Below, piece after piece: positions 1 through 15,086 of a stretch of DNA of 64,000 nucleotides. The DNA comes from Dimorphilus gyrociliatus. Lineage: Eukaryota; Animalia; Annelida. Numbering within the stretch: position 1 is the stretch's first letter; every line of letters starts with the position of its first letter. The notes beneath the pieces were generated by a model. It made no database searches. It saw only the letters and a program-made list of their open reading frames with translations, and had not been told where the DNA came from. The stretch covers positions 4,540,475-4,604,474 of the forward strand of contig CAJFCJ010000002.1 in the NCBI GenBank assembly GCA_904063045.1, in the 5' to 3' direction. A program made the translations under genes and the position numbers.

Positions 1-629
1 AATTCAAAAAGTAAACCTTTCAAATAAACGTTATTTTAGTTAATTATCAGATATTCGTCCACACAAGTCAGCAATATGTTCAACATTTTGCAAACGATAT
101 ATCAGACGATTTAGATAAACTAGCAGACGATAGAAAGTATATAACAGGTCATGAGCTCACATAGCTTAGTTTAGGTAATATAATGAAACTGCAATAGCAA
201 CCACACGTTTTTACTGTTTTTACCCTTTTTTAAATATTTGAACAATATCTACATTGCAATCTCTTATCTCTTTTAATATCGTTGATTTATTGAAATTGCA
301 ATTTAAATTTAGTTTTATTTTTAACACGATTTTATGAATTAAAAAATATATATGCGCATAATTAACATAATTCTTTGACACCTTTTATTTATTATTGAAA
401 TTTTACTCCATTTCTCGAAAAATAGAGTAGGATATTTACTTTATAGTCAATATGAATATAAATATAAGAGACTTAATCTTGGAGTGGTGAAAATGAGGGG
501 GAAAAGTCGTGTGTTTCACAGAAATAGGAAAACTAGAGAATGAAGCTTTCCAAGTATATTTTTACTATGATAGATATTTATCAATTTCTCTCTCTCTCAC
601 TCATTTTCTTTCTCTCTTTCTGTATATAC

Positions 630-650
630 ATATATATATATATATATATA
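630..650. repeat. (TA)n microsatellite
   Basis: Uninterrupted TA run. Confidence 0.9.
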
Positions 651-1863
651 AAACATAGTGAGGATGTAATATGAAAGCTTTTCAATTAAAATAAAACTGA
701 TTTCCAAAGAAACCAAACTTAAAACTTTTCGTTTTTTCGTTTTTGTCAAAAATCTGACAAGTGATAAAATATCACATCTAATTTGCAGATATGCTTCCTA
801 CAAACATGTTAAAAATATAATCCATTAGTTAAATCTTATTTGAGGATAGGATATTTACCTAATGAAAGCAAAAGAAATATATATTTAATAGTATTCTACT
901 ATATTTATTGACATTAGCTAAAACTTTGTGTTAAATATCTATTATCTCTCTTTGTTTAACAGCTAATATTTTATACTTAGAAAGCAGTTCGTTTAGCAGG
1001 ATTTCAATACTTGTTAGCAATATACTGAAGAAAGAATGACGCCTTTCTTTAAGAAAATTATAGTAGTGATAATGAATATAAGAACTATTGGAGAAGGTGG
1101 GATTTCAGCCTTCGTACTACTATAGTACACTATAATTCCATATTCATGCATATATATATACTGTATATTAGTACAATTGCTACAACATAATTACAACTTT
1201 GGCCATATTTTTCAAACTACCATATTTTAATCATGCGGGAACTTTAAAAGATTGCACTTTTAGTCTATTGTTTTCTCATTGATTCAGTATTTTCTTTACT
1301 TCTTTTTACTTGTGATATAAAAGAAGTAGAGAGAATATATGTTTAAATTGTAATGAGGTATTTGAGTAATAAATAAGCCACACCCTCACCTAAATGACGA
1401 AGTTATTAACAAGGAGTACAATCTTATTTCAAGTTTGTACTAATAAGAATAAAAAATCACTGGAGTACTAGACACTCGTGTGTTTATTAAATTATATTAG
1501 GGATTTATCTTCAATCGTTAATAAGATTGGTCGTGTGTACGTGTATGCTTATTACAGTTAAATACTTGTATCGATAGTTTAAGAGAAAAAATGAGTTCAG
1601 TAGAAAACAACAGATAAAATCAAATTAGGCGTTTTCTTTCCTGAATAATTACGAGATAATTAAGAAGGAGTTTAGTGTTTTATTTACAAACACATAATAT
1701 TTAACTAATGAATAAAATTATAAAAATCTAATACAAATACTTACAAACATCTTGCTGCATACTCTATTAATTATTTAGTTATATAAATACCCAATTAAAT
1801 TTATGAGCACATCAATTTTCTGACATACGTGTTAATAGACTTGAGACTTTTTACATTCTGACG

Positions 1864-1871
1864 TGACGTCA
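1864..1871 (+). promoter_or_regulatory. CRE palindrome TGACGTCA upstream of the first GPCR
   Basis: Perfect CRE preceded by an overlapping TGACG, about 85 bp before the ATG at 1955, in a very CpG-poor background. Confidence 0.3.
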
Positions 1872-1954
1872 TATGTTTTAAATCGTAAGTCGAATAAAAG
1901 CACAAGTTCTTACTTATAGTTTAGAATAGTTTACAGTAGTACAAGCGACAAATA

Positions 1955-3070
1955 ATGGACTACAACAATTCAACTGTAGCTATCACGGATTGGAAACATT
2001 GTGAAATATTTGCTTTTATTGTTGGTGGTTTGCTTCTAACTATAATGAATAGCATTGGGATAGTTTTTAACCTAATTTCTATAATAACCTTTTCTTTAGA
2101 TAAGGCAAAGAACACTACCACTTTTTTGTTAATAGGTTTAGAATTGGCAGATACATTATTTCTAATTAGCGCAAGTATTATGATCAGTTTTATTTATTTA
2201 TTTCGATATACTACTAAGCTAGCGCAAGAAATTATTTCACCCCTGGATACTTACAATTATGTGTTTTTAACGAGGAGTATTTTCTCACCAATAATTACTG
2301 GATCATTGATGGCTAGTAGTTGGCATACGATGCTTATTACACTGGAAAGATATATTGCTGTTTGTGCCCCGCATAGTTCATGGAAACTTGCTAAAAGAAG
2401 TACTGTTATTACGCAAATTTTACTCTTTGTCATATCTATTGGTATAAATATACCACGAGCGTGGGAATACGAACCAACGTTTAAAGCGTCTACGGGACAA
2501 TGGGTTCAAGCTCCTTCTAATTTGAAAAGAAGTTCGACTTACGGTACATATGTAACAGTTCAATATTGGGTTATTCAACTGGCTATTCCTATTGCAACCA
2601 TTTCTTATATGACTGTTATGATCTTGAAGGTTAGATTATTTGTCCTTTTTTTTCAAACTGCACTACACAAATGACTTTTATTTATCTAGAAATTAAAATT
2701 AACAACTCAGAGAAAACGAACCGGACTGACTAAATCACTTATGACAGTTAATATAATATATATATTTGTTCAAGTAATCAATGGTATAAGAAGAATTTTG
2801 GTTGTTATCTTATCCAAGGAAGAAGTAACACTTTGTGAAAAGCCATATTCGTACTTTTATGGAATTACAGTATGCTGCATATCATTTAATGCAGCAGCTA
2901 ATTTCTTTATATTTGTGTTGTATAATAGACATTTCCGAAGACTCGTCAAGAATACTTGGTTGAAGCGAAGAAATAATATTTATCCAGATAGTCTTGACAA
3001 AGATCATAGAAACAACCAAAAAACAACAGAATATTCAATGACCGTTGGTGAAACCGGTTACAGATCGTAA
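1955..3070 (+). CDS. Class A (rhodopsin-like) GPCR, peptide/FMRFamide-receptor-like, 2 exons, ~351 aa
   Basis: Exons 1955-2629 and 2690-3070, joined in frame by a 60-nt GT-AG intron (gttaga...tctag). Seven hydrophobic segments, ERY at the end of TM3, and a TM7 NAAANFFIF variant of NPxxY that is common in invertebrate peptide receptors. Confidence 0.85.
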
Positions 3071-3664
3071 AATTCATTGATACAGACACTCCTATTCCTT
3101 CTCTTTCTCTCTTACTTTTCAATCGGTTTAAAATCTCAATCTTAACATTATTTCATAAAGAAACATGTTATATTCATTTTCTTCTTGAATTTGTTAGTCT
3201 ATAAGAACGTTTACTCTAAATAAACTATTCAATCTTTATCAGTGATTAATAAACAAATTTTGCTAATTTTACTTTATTAAACTATTCCCATAAATCTTTA
3301 CTGCCAATGATGTTTTTTCATTTATAATTAACTTATCAAAGAAAAGCTTAAAATAATTAATTTAATATATTCCTTGAAATTGAAATTGTAAGCATCTCTT
3401 ATCGTATTTAATTATATTTTTAGACGTTTGAAAACGAATTCCAGTATTACATTTTCAGTACTTTGCTTATAGAGCTCTAAGTTTTACCTTATTCTTTTAT
3501 TAATTCTTACCCCAAGTGCAAAGGCTCTTTGTAGCTAACAAGATAGCTTTATCGAGAAATTCTTATCTTCTTCTCTAATAATGTAAACAAAATCTATGTG
3601 TAATATTAAATTTTTACTCGACAAAACAATAATACAATATATTTATCAGTTTCCAGAAGACGAT

Positions 3665-5034
3665 TTAAGAATTTCGTGAGGTAAGATATCGTCTCATCTG
3701 TTTTAAAACGCTTAGCGTGTCGGGAAGGATAAAACTATACAGAATCCCATCCAGTGTTAGACTGACATAGCCAAAACACATAGTGGTTATACGTAATTCA
3801 ACGTTATTTTCTACAAGAGAAGAGCGATTACTTATTAATACATTTATGATTATCCAAGGACACCAGATGGCAATGTATGATAGAATGATAATACTTGTCA
3901 CTACAAGTAACTTTTTTTGACGTGAAGCCTTCGGCCGACTCTTGACTTGAGAGTGAGCTTTATTGGGAAAATTTAAATAAAGGTAGAAAGTTATATTTGT
4001 AGATTTTTTCATATTTGGTTAATTAACTAAAATATTAAAAATGATCTTTTTAAAATTGTACGCACTCGTTGGTTCGGTTTCTGAAGGTATAGAGGACCCT
4101 TTTTCTAATGAATGATTGGCAACTTTGTTTAAAAGTTTCTTATATATTAGTCCGTAACATCCAGATATAACTATAATAGAAACTACTAGACAACCAAATA
4201 ATCCATAAATTTGCACCCAAACTGATGCATCAACCCTAAGTTTCGAAAGTTTTAAAGACGGATGTATAGATGATAGTAGTAATTGTTTACAAATATATAT
4301 CTACCTCTTAGACCATAGATGACATCCGTGCTGATGAACCGGTCCAGACCCTGACTTTACACCTAACACAGGTATAACGGTAATAACTAAACTTATTCCA
4401 ACACCAATTATGACCAGAAAAGTAATTGTCATTGCATTCAATATCCTTTTATGAGGATTGTAAACCAAATCTAATCTATCCCCAGCTAGCAAAGCTGGAA
4501 AGATCAAGCCATTTTGAACAACTGTAATGGAAAATATATAAATTATAATGAAACTTTTTATGTGTTATAGCCAGTCTAATAATTTTTACCAACTTATATA
4601 GGTTAATTGTTCCTGAACGTAACAAAAATTTTCTGTCACATAATCCAAATTTGCTATTCCCACATAGATCATAGCCACTACAAGTAACATTAAATACGTA
4701 TTGAAACATGAAGCTGACAATGAACAAATAGAGAATTTAGCTATATTTTGAGATGAGATAAGATACAATTTTAACATTTACCTAAAATTATGATATTTCC
4801 TAATTGACTAAGTTTGTTTTTTATACCAAATATATTAATTGTTGAGAAAAAAGAACCAAATAAGAAAACCAATATTAAAACAATATAACAAAGAACTATG
4901 TTCCAAGTAGAAATTCGGCTAAAGGGAAGAGGATTCTTTATCTGTTATAAGTAAATATTAAATTTACATTACTTTATTTGGCCATCCTCCTCTTCTTCAT
5001 GATGATGATCTTCTTCAGTAGTTAACCAACCCAT
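3665..5034 (-). CDS. Divergent class A GPCR, about 6 coding exons
   Basis: ORF fragments 4586-4777, 4301-4507, 4019-4216 and 3665-4012 splice in frame through short GT-AG introns. I also found a TM1 exon (WNIVLCYIVLILVFLFGSFF) and an acidic N-terminal exon (MGWLTTEEDHHHEEEE). DRL at TM3, CPW in TM6, DGILY in TM7. An acceptor near 5061 suggests there may be a further upstream exon. Confidence 0.7.
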
Positions 5035-5480
5035 CGTTGTGGCGTTCTTTGCAAGATATATCTATTATAAAGAAAAAAGTATTGACATTATAATGAGCTT
5101 TGCGAGAAAAGGTAGCAGGTAGCTCTTAGGAGAATGAAAAGTATAAATAATGTAATCTCATTATCTTTCTACATTACGCATAAATTATGAGAGAATAACA
5201 TTTCATATATTAACTCTAATAATAAAACTCTCATCCTTTTTTTCCCACTTGAATATTAGAAGTTGATTGTTTTCCGAATATATGATATAAAATATTATTC
5301 TGTTAACCACGACAATACCTTTGCAGATGAACTCTTTTTTAAATATAAAGAAAACGATTTCTTATTTTCATCTTTTAAAAAAACTTTTTCATACTCTTTT
5401 CTCATTTCAAACTAAAATTGAATGCTAAGGAACTATACTAGAAAGGAGAATGAGTCTTTCCAGGGAAAGTCATCAGCTTT

Positions 5481-5498
5481 GAGACAGAGAGAGAGAGA
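5481..5498. repeat. (GA)n microsatellite
   Basis: GA run following gagaca. Confidence 0.75.
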
Positions 5499-6387
5499 GC
5501 TAATATACTTCTAAAGTTAAGTGTTGCATGCCTAGCGTTCTTGGCAAACTTAATTCCCTGTTTAGGTGAAAATTTTCTCCTAGTATTTTCATAAAAAAGT
5601 CGAATAATAAAAAACTTATATTCATATTTACCATCGATAAACGATACTCTAGAATACGTAACAGAAATTAAAATGTCTCTCTTCCTTGCGATGCTAAAAC
5701 TATTCTCTTTTAGATAAAAATTTTCATTTATATCATTATTAATGTTTTGATCTTAATTATTTAACAGCTTGATAGAATAATATCAAAGGTCCTAATAGTC
5801 TTTGAGCGTATATCATCCTATACAATTTTTAAAGGATATAGCTCTAAGGCATTTTTTTTTCAAAAATCCTATTTCCTTGTGAGGTCTTTTTACATTCAAA
5901 CTTTCAGTTGATTTTTTTTCTATTATTAAATCTAAATTTGGAATTTTAAAGAATTAATATAAATTTCTATCAGAGTCTAAAATAGTTTTAATTATATTAA
6001 ATAACCTCAGTTATTGAGCTCGTTATTTCAGCAGTTCTAAAAGATACTAAAATCACTCTCTCTTAAAGAAAAATAATGAAGGATAGAACAGTTTTCTAAT
6101 GCATTTTTATTCATCTTCTCTCAATTATAAGCAAGTGTATTTTTTAAATAAAAAACTTAACAGAAAAACCGGAAATTATACCTCTTTTATTCGGTAGTAA
6201 CTTTTTCATCATAAGATCAGCTGTCTATTAATAGATATAATTTTACAATAGAAAAACAAAAATGGCCTATTTATGTTATATTTAACTAACATTCTTTTTT
6301 ACTCCTTTATTCTCTTTTTGTTTGTTTGTTCATTTTAGATAGTCAAATAGTGTATTTCAATTTAACATGTAGTGCAGACGGTTCTAC

Positions 6388-6390
<3 letters not shown>

Positions 6391-6418
<28 letters not shown>
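6391..6418. repeat. (TA)n microsatellite
   Basis: Uninterrupted AT run of about 14 units. Confidence 0.9.
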
Positions 6419-6422
<4 letters not shown>

Positions 6423-6970
6423 AGGGAGTATACATACTCTTGAAGATGGGGAAGCACCAACACTTTTCCATAATTAACAAAAGAATCTGTAACTAATCAT
6501 CAACAGATTACAAGTGTACTTAACAAGCTTTAATAGGTTTATACTGAAAAAGAGTAATACAAAAGATAAACATATGCTGCGTATATTGCAGAATTGCTTG
6601 GAAATTGACAGTAGATATAAACAAGAAAGATTCATTTTTTTTGTTATTTTTTTTGGTTTTTTAAGATTGAGAATTCTTAAAATAATATCTGTTTATTTGA
6701 CCTTACAACAATTATCATTATACTGAAAAAATATTATATATTATGAATTTATATATGTACGTATCGTATAAGTTAGGTACCATTACAAGAAAGATATTTA
6801 AATTTTTAAGCACAGATACATTCCATTCAAAACACACAAGTGACAATTTAACAAATTACACGCACTCAGGAATATATTTAAACTGCTTTGAACTCGACAA
6901 TGGTAGTTTGAAACAGATAACTATTTTAAAACTTTCTCCTTTAATCCTATGTATTCATATCCTTCTCATC

Positions 6971-8124
<1,154 letters not shown>

Positions 8125-8500
8125 GTTTCTCTGATATTAATCGTCGATTTTATAAATAACAGTTAGTTGGTCGATGACACACGTTGTTAAAGGGAAAAGT
8201 ATTCAAAACTGACAGCAATTAGAACTGAAAATCGAAATTTGCCACGTCGATTCAGCCAGCTTTTTCAAGCAGATATGGCGACAGGAAACGGAAGTCGGGA
8301 AATACTTAAAATAGTATAAATTATATCCAAAATTGTCCAATAATTTTTTTTAATAATCTCATAAATAATTATATTTTTTTTTGTAATAAAAAAGATTAAA
8401 AAAATATTCTTTAAATGGTCATGTGACGTCATTGTCACATGATCATTCCGAGATATAAAGACTGAAGGAAAATATCTAATAAATTAAAAAATCAAGCGAA
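8125..8500. promoter_or_regulatory. Bidirectional promoter shared by the ARF4-like gene and ARL8
   Basis: The start codons diverge 376 bp apart. The interval contains CGGAAGT (ETS-like, ~8289-8295), TGACGTCA (CRE, 8424-8431) and inverted TCATGTGAC/GTCACATGA boxes (8419-8427, 8434-8442). Confidence 0.7.
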
Positions 8501-9710
8501 ATGATCGCATTTTTTCAAAAAATTCTTGATTGGTTCCGGAGTTTGTTCTGGAAGGAGGAGATGGAGCTTACACTTGTTGGTTTACAATATTCTGGAAAGA
8601 CAACGTTTGTTAACGTCATAGCGGTTAGTTTTTCGCAGTATTTTTGTAAACAAACTTCATATTTCTGCTATTTAGATCGCATGTTTCATAAGAATTAATT
8701 AAATATAAAAGATTATCAAACAATTTAAAACAAAGCTATTGTTAAAATTGATATTATTATTGAAAATCGTAAAGTGCCTTTTTTTCGTAATTTTCAGTCT
8801 GGTCAATTCAGTGAGGACATGATACCAACTGTAGGATTCAATATGAGAAAAATTACCAAAGGAAACGTTACAATAAAGGTTAATTGATAATAGAACTTTT
8901 CGAATTTACTGTTAACTTTTGTTTTTTGTAACAGTTATGGGACATTGGTGGACAGCCAAGATTTAGGAGCATGTGGGAAAGATATTGCAGAGGAGTAAAC
9001 GCCATTGTGTATGTACTTGTTATCGAGATTAGATAATCTATTATATGCCATACATTTTGAGTTATGATCACGTGAGATTATTTTTCTCATGATTACCTTA
9101 TGCCTTAGTTTGTCATGTGATCGGTAGTTCGTTGAAAGCAGTTCTATGGGAACTTAATCCGCTACAAATAGCTCTTTCTTCTTAGTAGTCTTGAAACTGA
9201 ACTGTACACTACACCTGTTTAATTTTTTTCGTTAATTTTTTTCCTAGCTATATGGTTGATTCAGCTGATCACGAGAAAATGGACGCTTCCAGAAACGAAT
9301 TGCATAGTTTACTAGACAAGCCGCAACTGGAAAATATTCCTGTTTTGGTTTTGGGTAATAAAAGAGATTTGCCTGGAGCTCTGGACGAAAAGCAGTTGAT
9401 TGATCGATTGTAAGTAATTTTGGACATAGATTCACTTTTAAAAAATAAAATAATTTCATTTGTTTTGTTTTTATTTCAGGAATTTGTCAGCCATTCAAAA
9501 TCGTGAAATCTGCTGTTATTCAATATCCTGTAAAGAGAAAGAAAATATCGGTTAGCAAATGTGTAATTTTAATGATGATTTTGTAATATACAATATATTT
9601 CAAAATCATCATTAAAATTATACTTTTTATATATCAATTAATTATTTTTTATTCTAGACATTACTCTGCAATGGCTCATTCAACATTCAAAGTCTGGTGG
9701 CCATCATTGA
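8501..9710 (+). CDS. ARL8: ADP-ribosylation factor-like 8 (lysosomal small GTPase), 6 exons
   Basis: Spliced translation: [35 protein letters not shown]; [27 protein letters not shown]; [25 protein letters not shown]; VLGNKRDL; [25 protein letters not shown]. All introns are GT-AG. Confidence 0.96.
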
Positions 9711-11316
9711 AATATTGAACTTTTGGGACACTAGTCATGTAAGTTCGTATAATGTATTGTGCGAGGTTAATATTTTACATTTTGTATGTTTGCCAGCATG
9801 AGTATAATGCTTTTATTACCTAATATAAGCTACAGTATCGTGGAAAGTCTTTGTTACACTAAAATTTATATATTTTTGGTTTTTGCACACTTGAGGAAAA
9901 GAAAGGAAATTATGATTTATATCAAGCAATAGTCCTCTAACCATTCTTGGGAGAATAGAATTCTCTTTTTATTTCCAAAATGAGACTTTTTAGAAAAAGG
10001 AGGCCTATTTCTAGTAAAGTGTAAGTAGTTGTTACAATCATAAAATGTCAACCAAAACTGGTTTAAGAATATGTTTTCATCTTATTTTAGCTAATAATTA
10101 ATAGTATATGAAAAATTTTATAAATATAACAGAATGCTGATATAAATAAATGGACTATACACATTAAAACAATCATAATTCTTGACTAACCTTGAGAGAA
10201 AAGTTTTTTTTCTCCCTAGAATGGTTAGCGACTACTACTTGAGACAAATCGTACTTTTCCTTTCTTTTCTTTAATAGTGCAAAAAAAATATAAATATTTT
10301 TAATGTAACAAAGACTTCCCGACGATATTGTATTATTTACTCCAAATAATCATACACGTTATCATTTAGAAAATATAATTCACATGCTCAACATGTATTT
10401 ATTTATAATGTTAATAGATAAGAAAGTGTTCATAATTCTTTTTTTTCTCTTTTTTTGTAAAACTGTAGTTTTTATTTATGTATTGTATTTCATTGTATAT
10501 TTCCGGCGTCTTTTTTGTAATAAAAGCTTTTCAGATTAAATTCATCCTAATAGGAAATTATACTTGAATTTGACATTCGGAACAGGCTACTTTCTTTCAT
10601 TGGTAATTCTGACTGCAGCTTGGAGTAATAATCACTTAAGATATATCGTGATATTAAAAACTTTAAACCACGTTCGATAAAGATTCTCCGCCCTCTATTT
10701 TAAATAAATAGCTCTTCTATTAATTTCACAAGTACTGAGTAGACGTTCTCTGATCAATTTGTCCAAATTATTTCTTTCTCTTTGTATGTATTACATTATC
10801 TAATTAAATATAATCGAATTTGAATGATGTAATTAGTTCTGTAACATATTTTCTGAGGATAATCCCCAAGAAAACTGAAGGAACAGTGACGAGAAAATAT
10901 TCTCAAACGCCACTCAATGGAATACTATTATCCTTAGGCAAATCTTACTTCGCACTAAAGTTTATGAATAGTTTCAGGCTGGTATTGATCAAAATATATC
11001 AGATAGGCACCAAGGGATAAAAAAAATATTTCACAATCAATATCCTCGTAGGTATGAATATATATATATATAGTATTTACTTACACGCACCTACGCCTGA
11101 ATTTAATTGACGACCTTCACCTTGGAATTTTTCGCTATGTGATTGACATCTGATTTTTCTTTCGATTTTTGTTTTGATTGTAGTGAAATATGACGTTTGA
11201 TTGATATAGATAAATAGATTATTTTTTTGATTATATTATAAATAGCTTAGAAAAATGGTTTTTCAATTATGTACTCTATTGAATTCGATACAATCTAAAA
11301 AGAAAAAGAGCGATAA

Positions 11317-13176
11317 ATGATGAGTGAAGAAAAAAACTATTTCTCACCAACGGAAATTATGCCAATCAAGTCACCTAAGGCATTATTTGAATGGAATGAG
11401 GAAGATTCTCAGCACAATTGTGCGCTAAAAAAACTAAAAACTTCCAAACAGGAGTTGATTTCAATAGTTTGTCATGATTACAAAGGCGGCTACTTGGAGG
11501 ATAAATATTCTCACGGGACAAATGAATTTAACGAATGGCCACCCTACTCGTTAAATAGCTGGTGTCTCATTGACATATTTATTTATTTTAGCCATAATTT
11601 GGTAACTATACCACCTCCAGGATGGATAAATGCCGCCCACAAAAATCAAACACTGATTCTAGGAACTTTTATTGTTGAATGGGAAGATGGGAGAAAAATG
11701 CTAGATGAAATATTAAAAGATGACATAAATATAGAAAAAAGTGTCGATATGCTTGTTAAGCTATGCAATTATTATGGATTTGATGGATGGCTAATTAATA
11801 TCGAGTCTAAAGTTCAAGTAAGTTATCTATTTATAAAATTATCGAAAGTGCTGTTGATACCTTTTTATTAACAAAGTTCATTGACTTTTCAATTTCTTCA
11901 CAGGAAGATACTGTAGTTAAGCTACAAACTTTCCTAAAAATGCTAACTCAGAAGATGCATATTTCAAAGACATTTTCAAAGATTATTTGGTACGATAGTA
12001 TTATATCAAATGGCAATTTAGAATGGCAGAATGAACTAAATGATCTCAACAATTGTTTCTTAAAATACTCTGATGCGATATTCTTAAATTACACATGGAC
12101 GGAAGCGAATCTCAATAATTCAATGAAGGACAACAAGAAAGTCTTTGTAGGTATAGACGTATTTGGTAGAGGATGCAATAGTTGTCATGGTGAAGGAGGA
12201 TTCAATACAATTCAGGCAGTAAAACAAGCGAGAAGTAGAAATTTAGGATGTGCCATATTTGCTCCTGGTTGGACTTTGGAAACTCTGGGAGGCGAGAAGT
12301 TTGATTATAATAATGACCGGTTCTGGTCTTTATTAGAAAATGATTTAAATAAAAATATAGAAGTTGAAATTCCTTTCTATACAAATTTTTGCAAAGGTTA
12401 TGGTAAAAAATGGTATGTAAACGGTAAGCTAGAACAGGAAAAGAAATTTTTTAATTTATCTCTACAATCGCCCCAACCATATGAATATACCAATTTAACG
12501 GATGGGACAATTTTCTGCGGCAGTAATTCATTCAGAGTTACCAACTGCCACGATCTGTTTGATATTAATACAGAATTAACATCTGCACAAGTATTCGTTT
12601 TGGAGTTTGCTTTTGTCGAGCAAATAGAATTAAAATTGTACGAAAAAGACAATAGAACAAGAGAAATCGAAACTTTTAAGAAATCTTCTTCCGAAGAGGA
12701 GTGTCAATATGACAGACGTTGGAAAATAAAGTAATTTAATCTTTATTATTATTATAGTAATTTTTTAAAACGAAATGTGTTTTCTGTGTTTTTTTAGGAG
12801 AATTGAATTTCAAACAAAATCTAATCATCAAAAATTAATATTGGTATGCAGTGGCAGTGGTTTCCTTGGATATATTCATTTCTATGAAAAATCTAAACAT
12901 ATCAAAAATACAATAGAAGTTATAGAAAGATGTAAAAATTGGACATCATTTGGAGGGCATTATATTTTCAATGGAAATTTTAATTGTACAACTCTAAATG
13001 ATCTTAGTCATTTTAATATTTATATCAGAAATGATAAAGAATCCGAATGGAAATATAATACTTCATTTTATGGAAGTTCATTTGAAATAACCCAATTAAA
13101 ATTGGACAAAAAGCAATTTTATCTTAAAATTTCTAGTATACCTGGAAATTATTCTACTGAAATTTACATTGAATGA
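11317..13176 (+). CDS. ENGASE: Cytosolic endo-beta-N-acetylglucosaminidase (GH85), 3 exons
   Basis: GH85 motifs CHDYKGGY, IDIFIYFSH, PPPGWINAAH, FDGWLINIE (catalytic N-x-E), WYDS, GIDVFGRG and FAPGW. Introns at ~11818-11903 and ~12732-12797. No signal peptide. Confidence 0.93.
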
Positions 13177-14228
13177 TATGAACTATTGCTTTACTTCAAT
13201 AAACTAGTAAAATGAAAAATTGTCTTCACACTTACAGTGGTGAATACAACAAATGATTGAAAGACAAGAGAGAGGGCTTTCATTAAATTTTATATTAAAT
13301 ATCGTAAACTTTTCTTGGTTGTAGATAAAGGTTCTTTTGATCAGCTGTTCCTTTATTTGAACATGTAATATGACAGGTTCAACCGCCTGTTAACAAATTA
13401 TTTGGTGAAATTATTTATGCCGGGTTCGATGCCACTTAGCCAGATATAACTGCAGTTCTATGTATAGATATATTTATCACCTAACACAGCTTATCGAAAA
13501 GCGTACTACCCGCTTATTTACTGCAGGATCTACCATATCTTTATACTTGCAGGTGGGAATACTTCGTCTTTGCCTTTATTAGCTGTTACAATAGTTTAGT
13601 ATACTTGTATGCGTATAGCTTATCCAGCAGAACTTCATATGTATTATGATTCATGTTTATAATTATAATTTATTAATTTTCCTCAGTAACAATAGCATTT
13701 ATTATTCTTTTTCTGCCTGCAAGTTTGACAGCATTTTATGAAATTTAGTTGAAAAATTCTGTGGAGTCCAACTGTGGATTTATTAATTAAGTTAAATAAT
13801 ATGATCAATGTTTTGCCATATCTTGTTAGATATAACAAAAAACGTTATGTAGAGCACAATTTATTGATAAAGTTAATGAAACATAGAATAGAAACATACA
13901 ACATTACAAGGCCTTCTCTTCAAAATTTGATTGTTTTTGTAAGTGTCATAAATAATTTAAAAAGAGTAAATATGATACTTTGCTGTACGTCCTTTCATAC
14001 GTAGTTTATATTGATTTACTTTTTTGTGAAAATACAGTGTATATACAATATATACTATATAAATCACAAGTACATGTAAAACGTCAAACACTCTTCATTT
14101 TTAATATTCTCAAAAATCTATATTTCCTCGAATACGAAGAGAAGGTAGTTAATTTTAATCTCTATCTCTTCAATGTACTTATTATATTCCTTCTACTAAT
14201 TTCAATCTTCAACAAGAAGTATATACTG

Positions 14229-14255
14229 TATATATATATATATATATATATATAT
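14229..14255. repeat. (TA)n microsatellite
   Basis: Uninterrupted TA run. Confidence 0.9.
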
Positions 14256-15086
14256 CTAAATTAGTTATATCATATGAATAGATATTGCAACAGAAGAAAA
14301 GTACTACTATTGATGTAATTAGGCGCTTTATTGCTAAGTTTCCGTTTTGACTTTCAGACTATTATATTAATTAAAAAAATAACAGGGTATTTTTTTGTTT
14401 TAGCTCTTTGACAAAGTTTCAGCTATATTTACGTGTTTTTTTTTCGTTTCATTTACTTTATGCCAACAATCACATAATGAGAGGAAAAGTTATTATGGAA
14501 TATTATACAACTTATTTTAAATATACAAAATGACATTATAAAGAAGAAAAAACATACGTTATACCCATTGTTTTCGTACATTGAATGGAACTTTGATAAT
14601 AAAATTATTATTTGTTGTTATTCTCCACTATTATTCCAGTATAATATTAAACTATATACAAACTTGTATGTGTCTTAACTGTTTTACTATTGTAATATAT
14701 ATCGTCTTTAATTTAATTTTTTACAGCCAATCACCATATCTTAAAAGTGTATTTAAAAATGCAGATCGTTATTTTCTGTATTTGTAATTTGATTATAGGA
14801 GATGATAACTGTTTCTTTTGGTCTAATGTAACTTTGTTTTCATTTAAGCGATCAACCAGTAGCGCTGGAGAACATGATATGGCTTAAGAAGAAAGGAAAT
14901 TCTTTGTAGAAATTAACCAAGATTTTATTCTAAATTAATTAAAGTAGTGTATAAATTTCCAGTAGAATATCGTGTATATAATTTATTATAAAATGATAAA
15001 CGTTTTAACGTTCCAGCGATTTGTTTACCTAGGTATTTTTTACCAAGGTTAAACACTCATTTTCGCATTTTCCGCCCAAATATTTC

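Noticed and set aside
8880-9459. Minus-strand ORFs 8880 and 9244
   Set aside because: Antisense shadows of ARL8 exons.
13380-13660. tRNA T-arm-like GGGTTCGATGCC at ~13421 and short open frames on the minus strand
   Set aside because: No acceptor stem, D-arm or anticodon arm can be folded, and no splice-consistent ORF could be assembled.
13774-14787. ORFs 13774, 13980 and 14581
   Set aside because: Ile/Leu/Phe/Tyr-rich translations typical of AT-rich non-coding DNA; one runs through a TA microsatellite.
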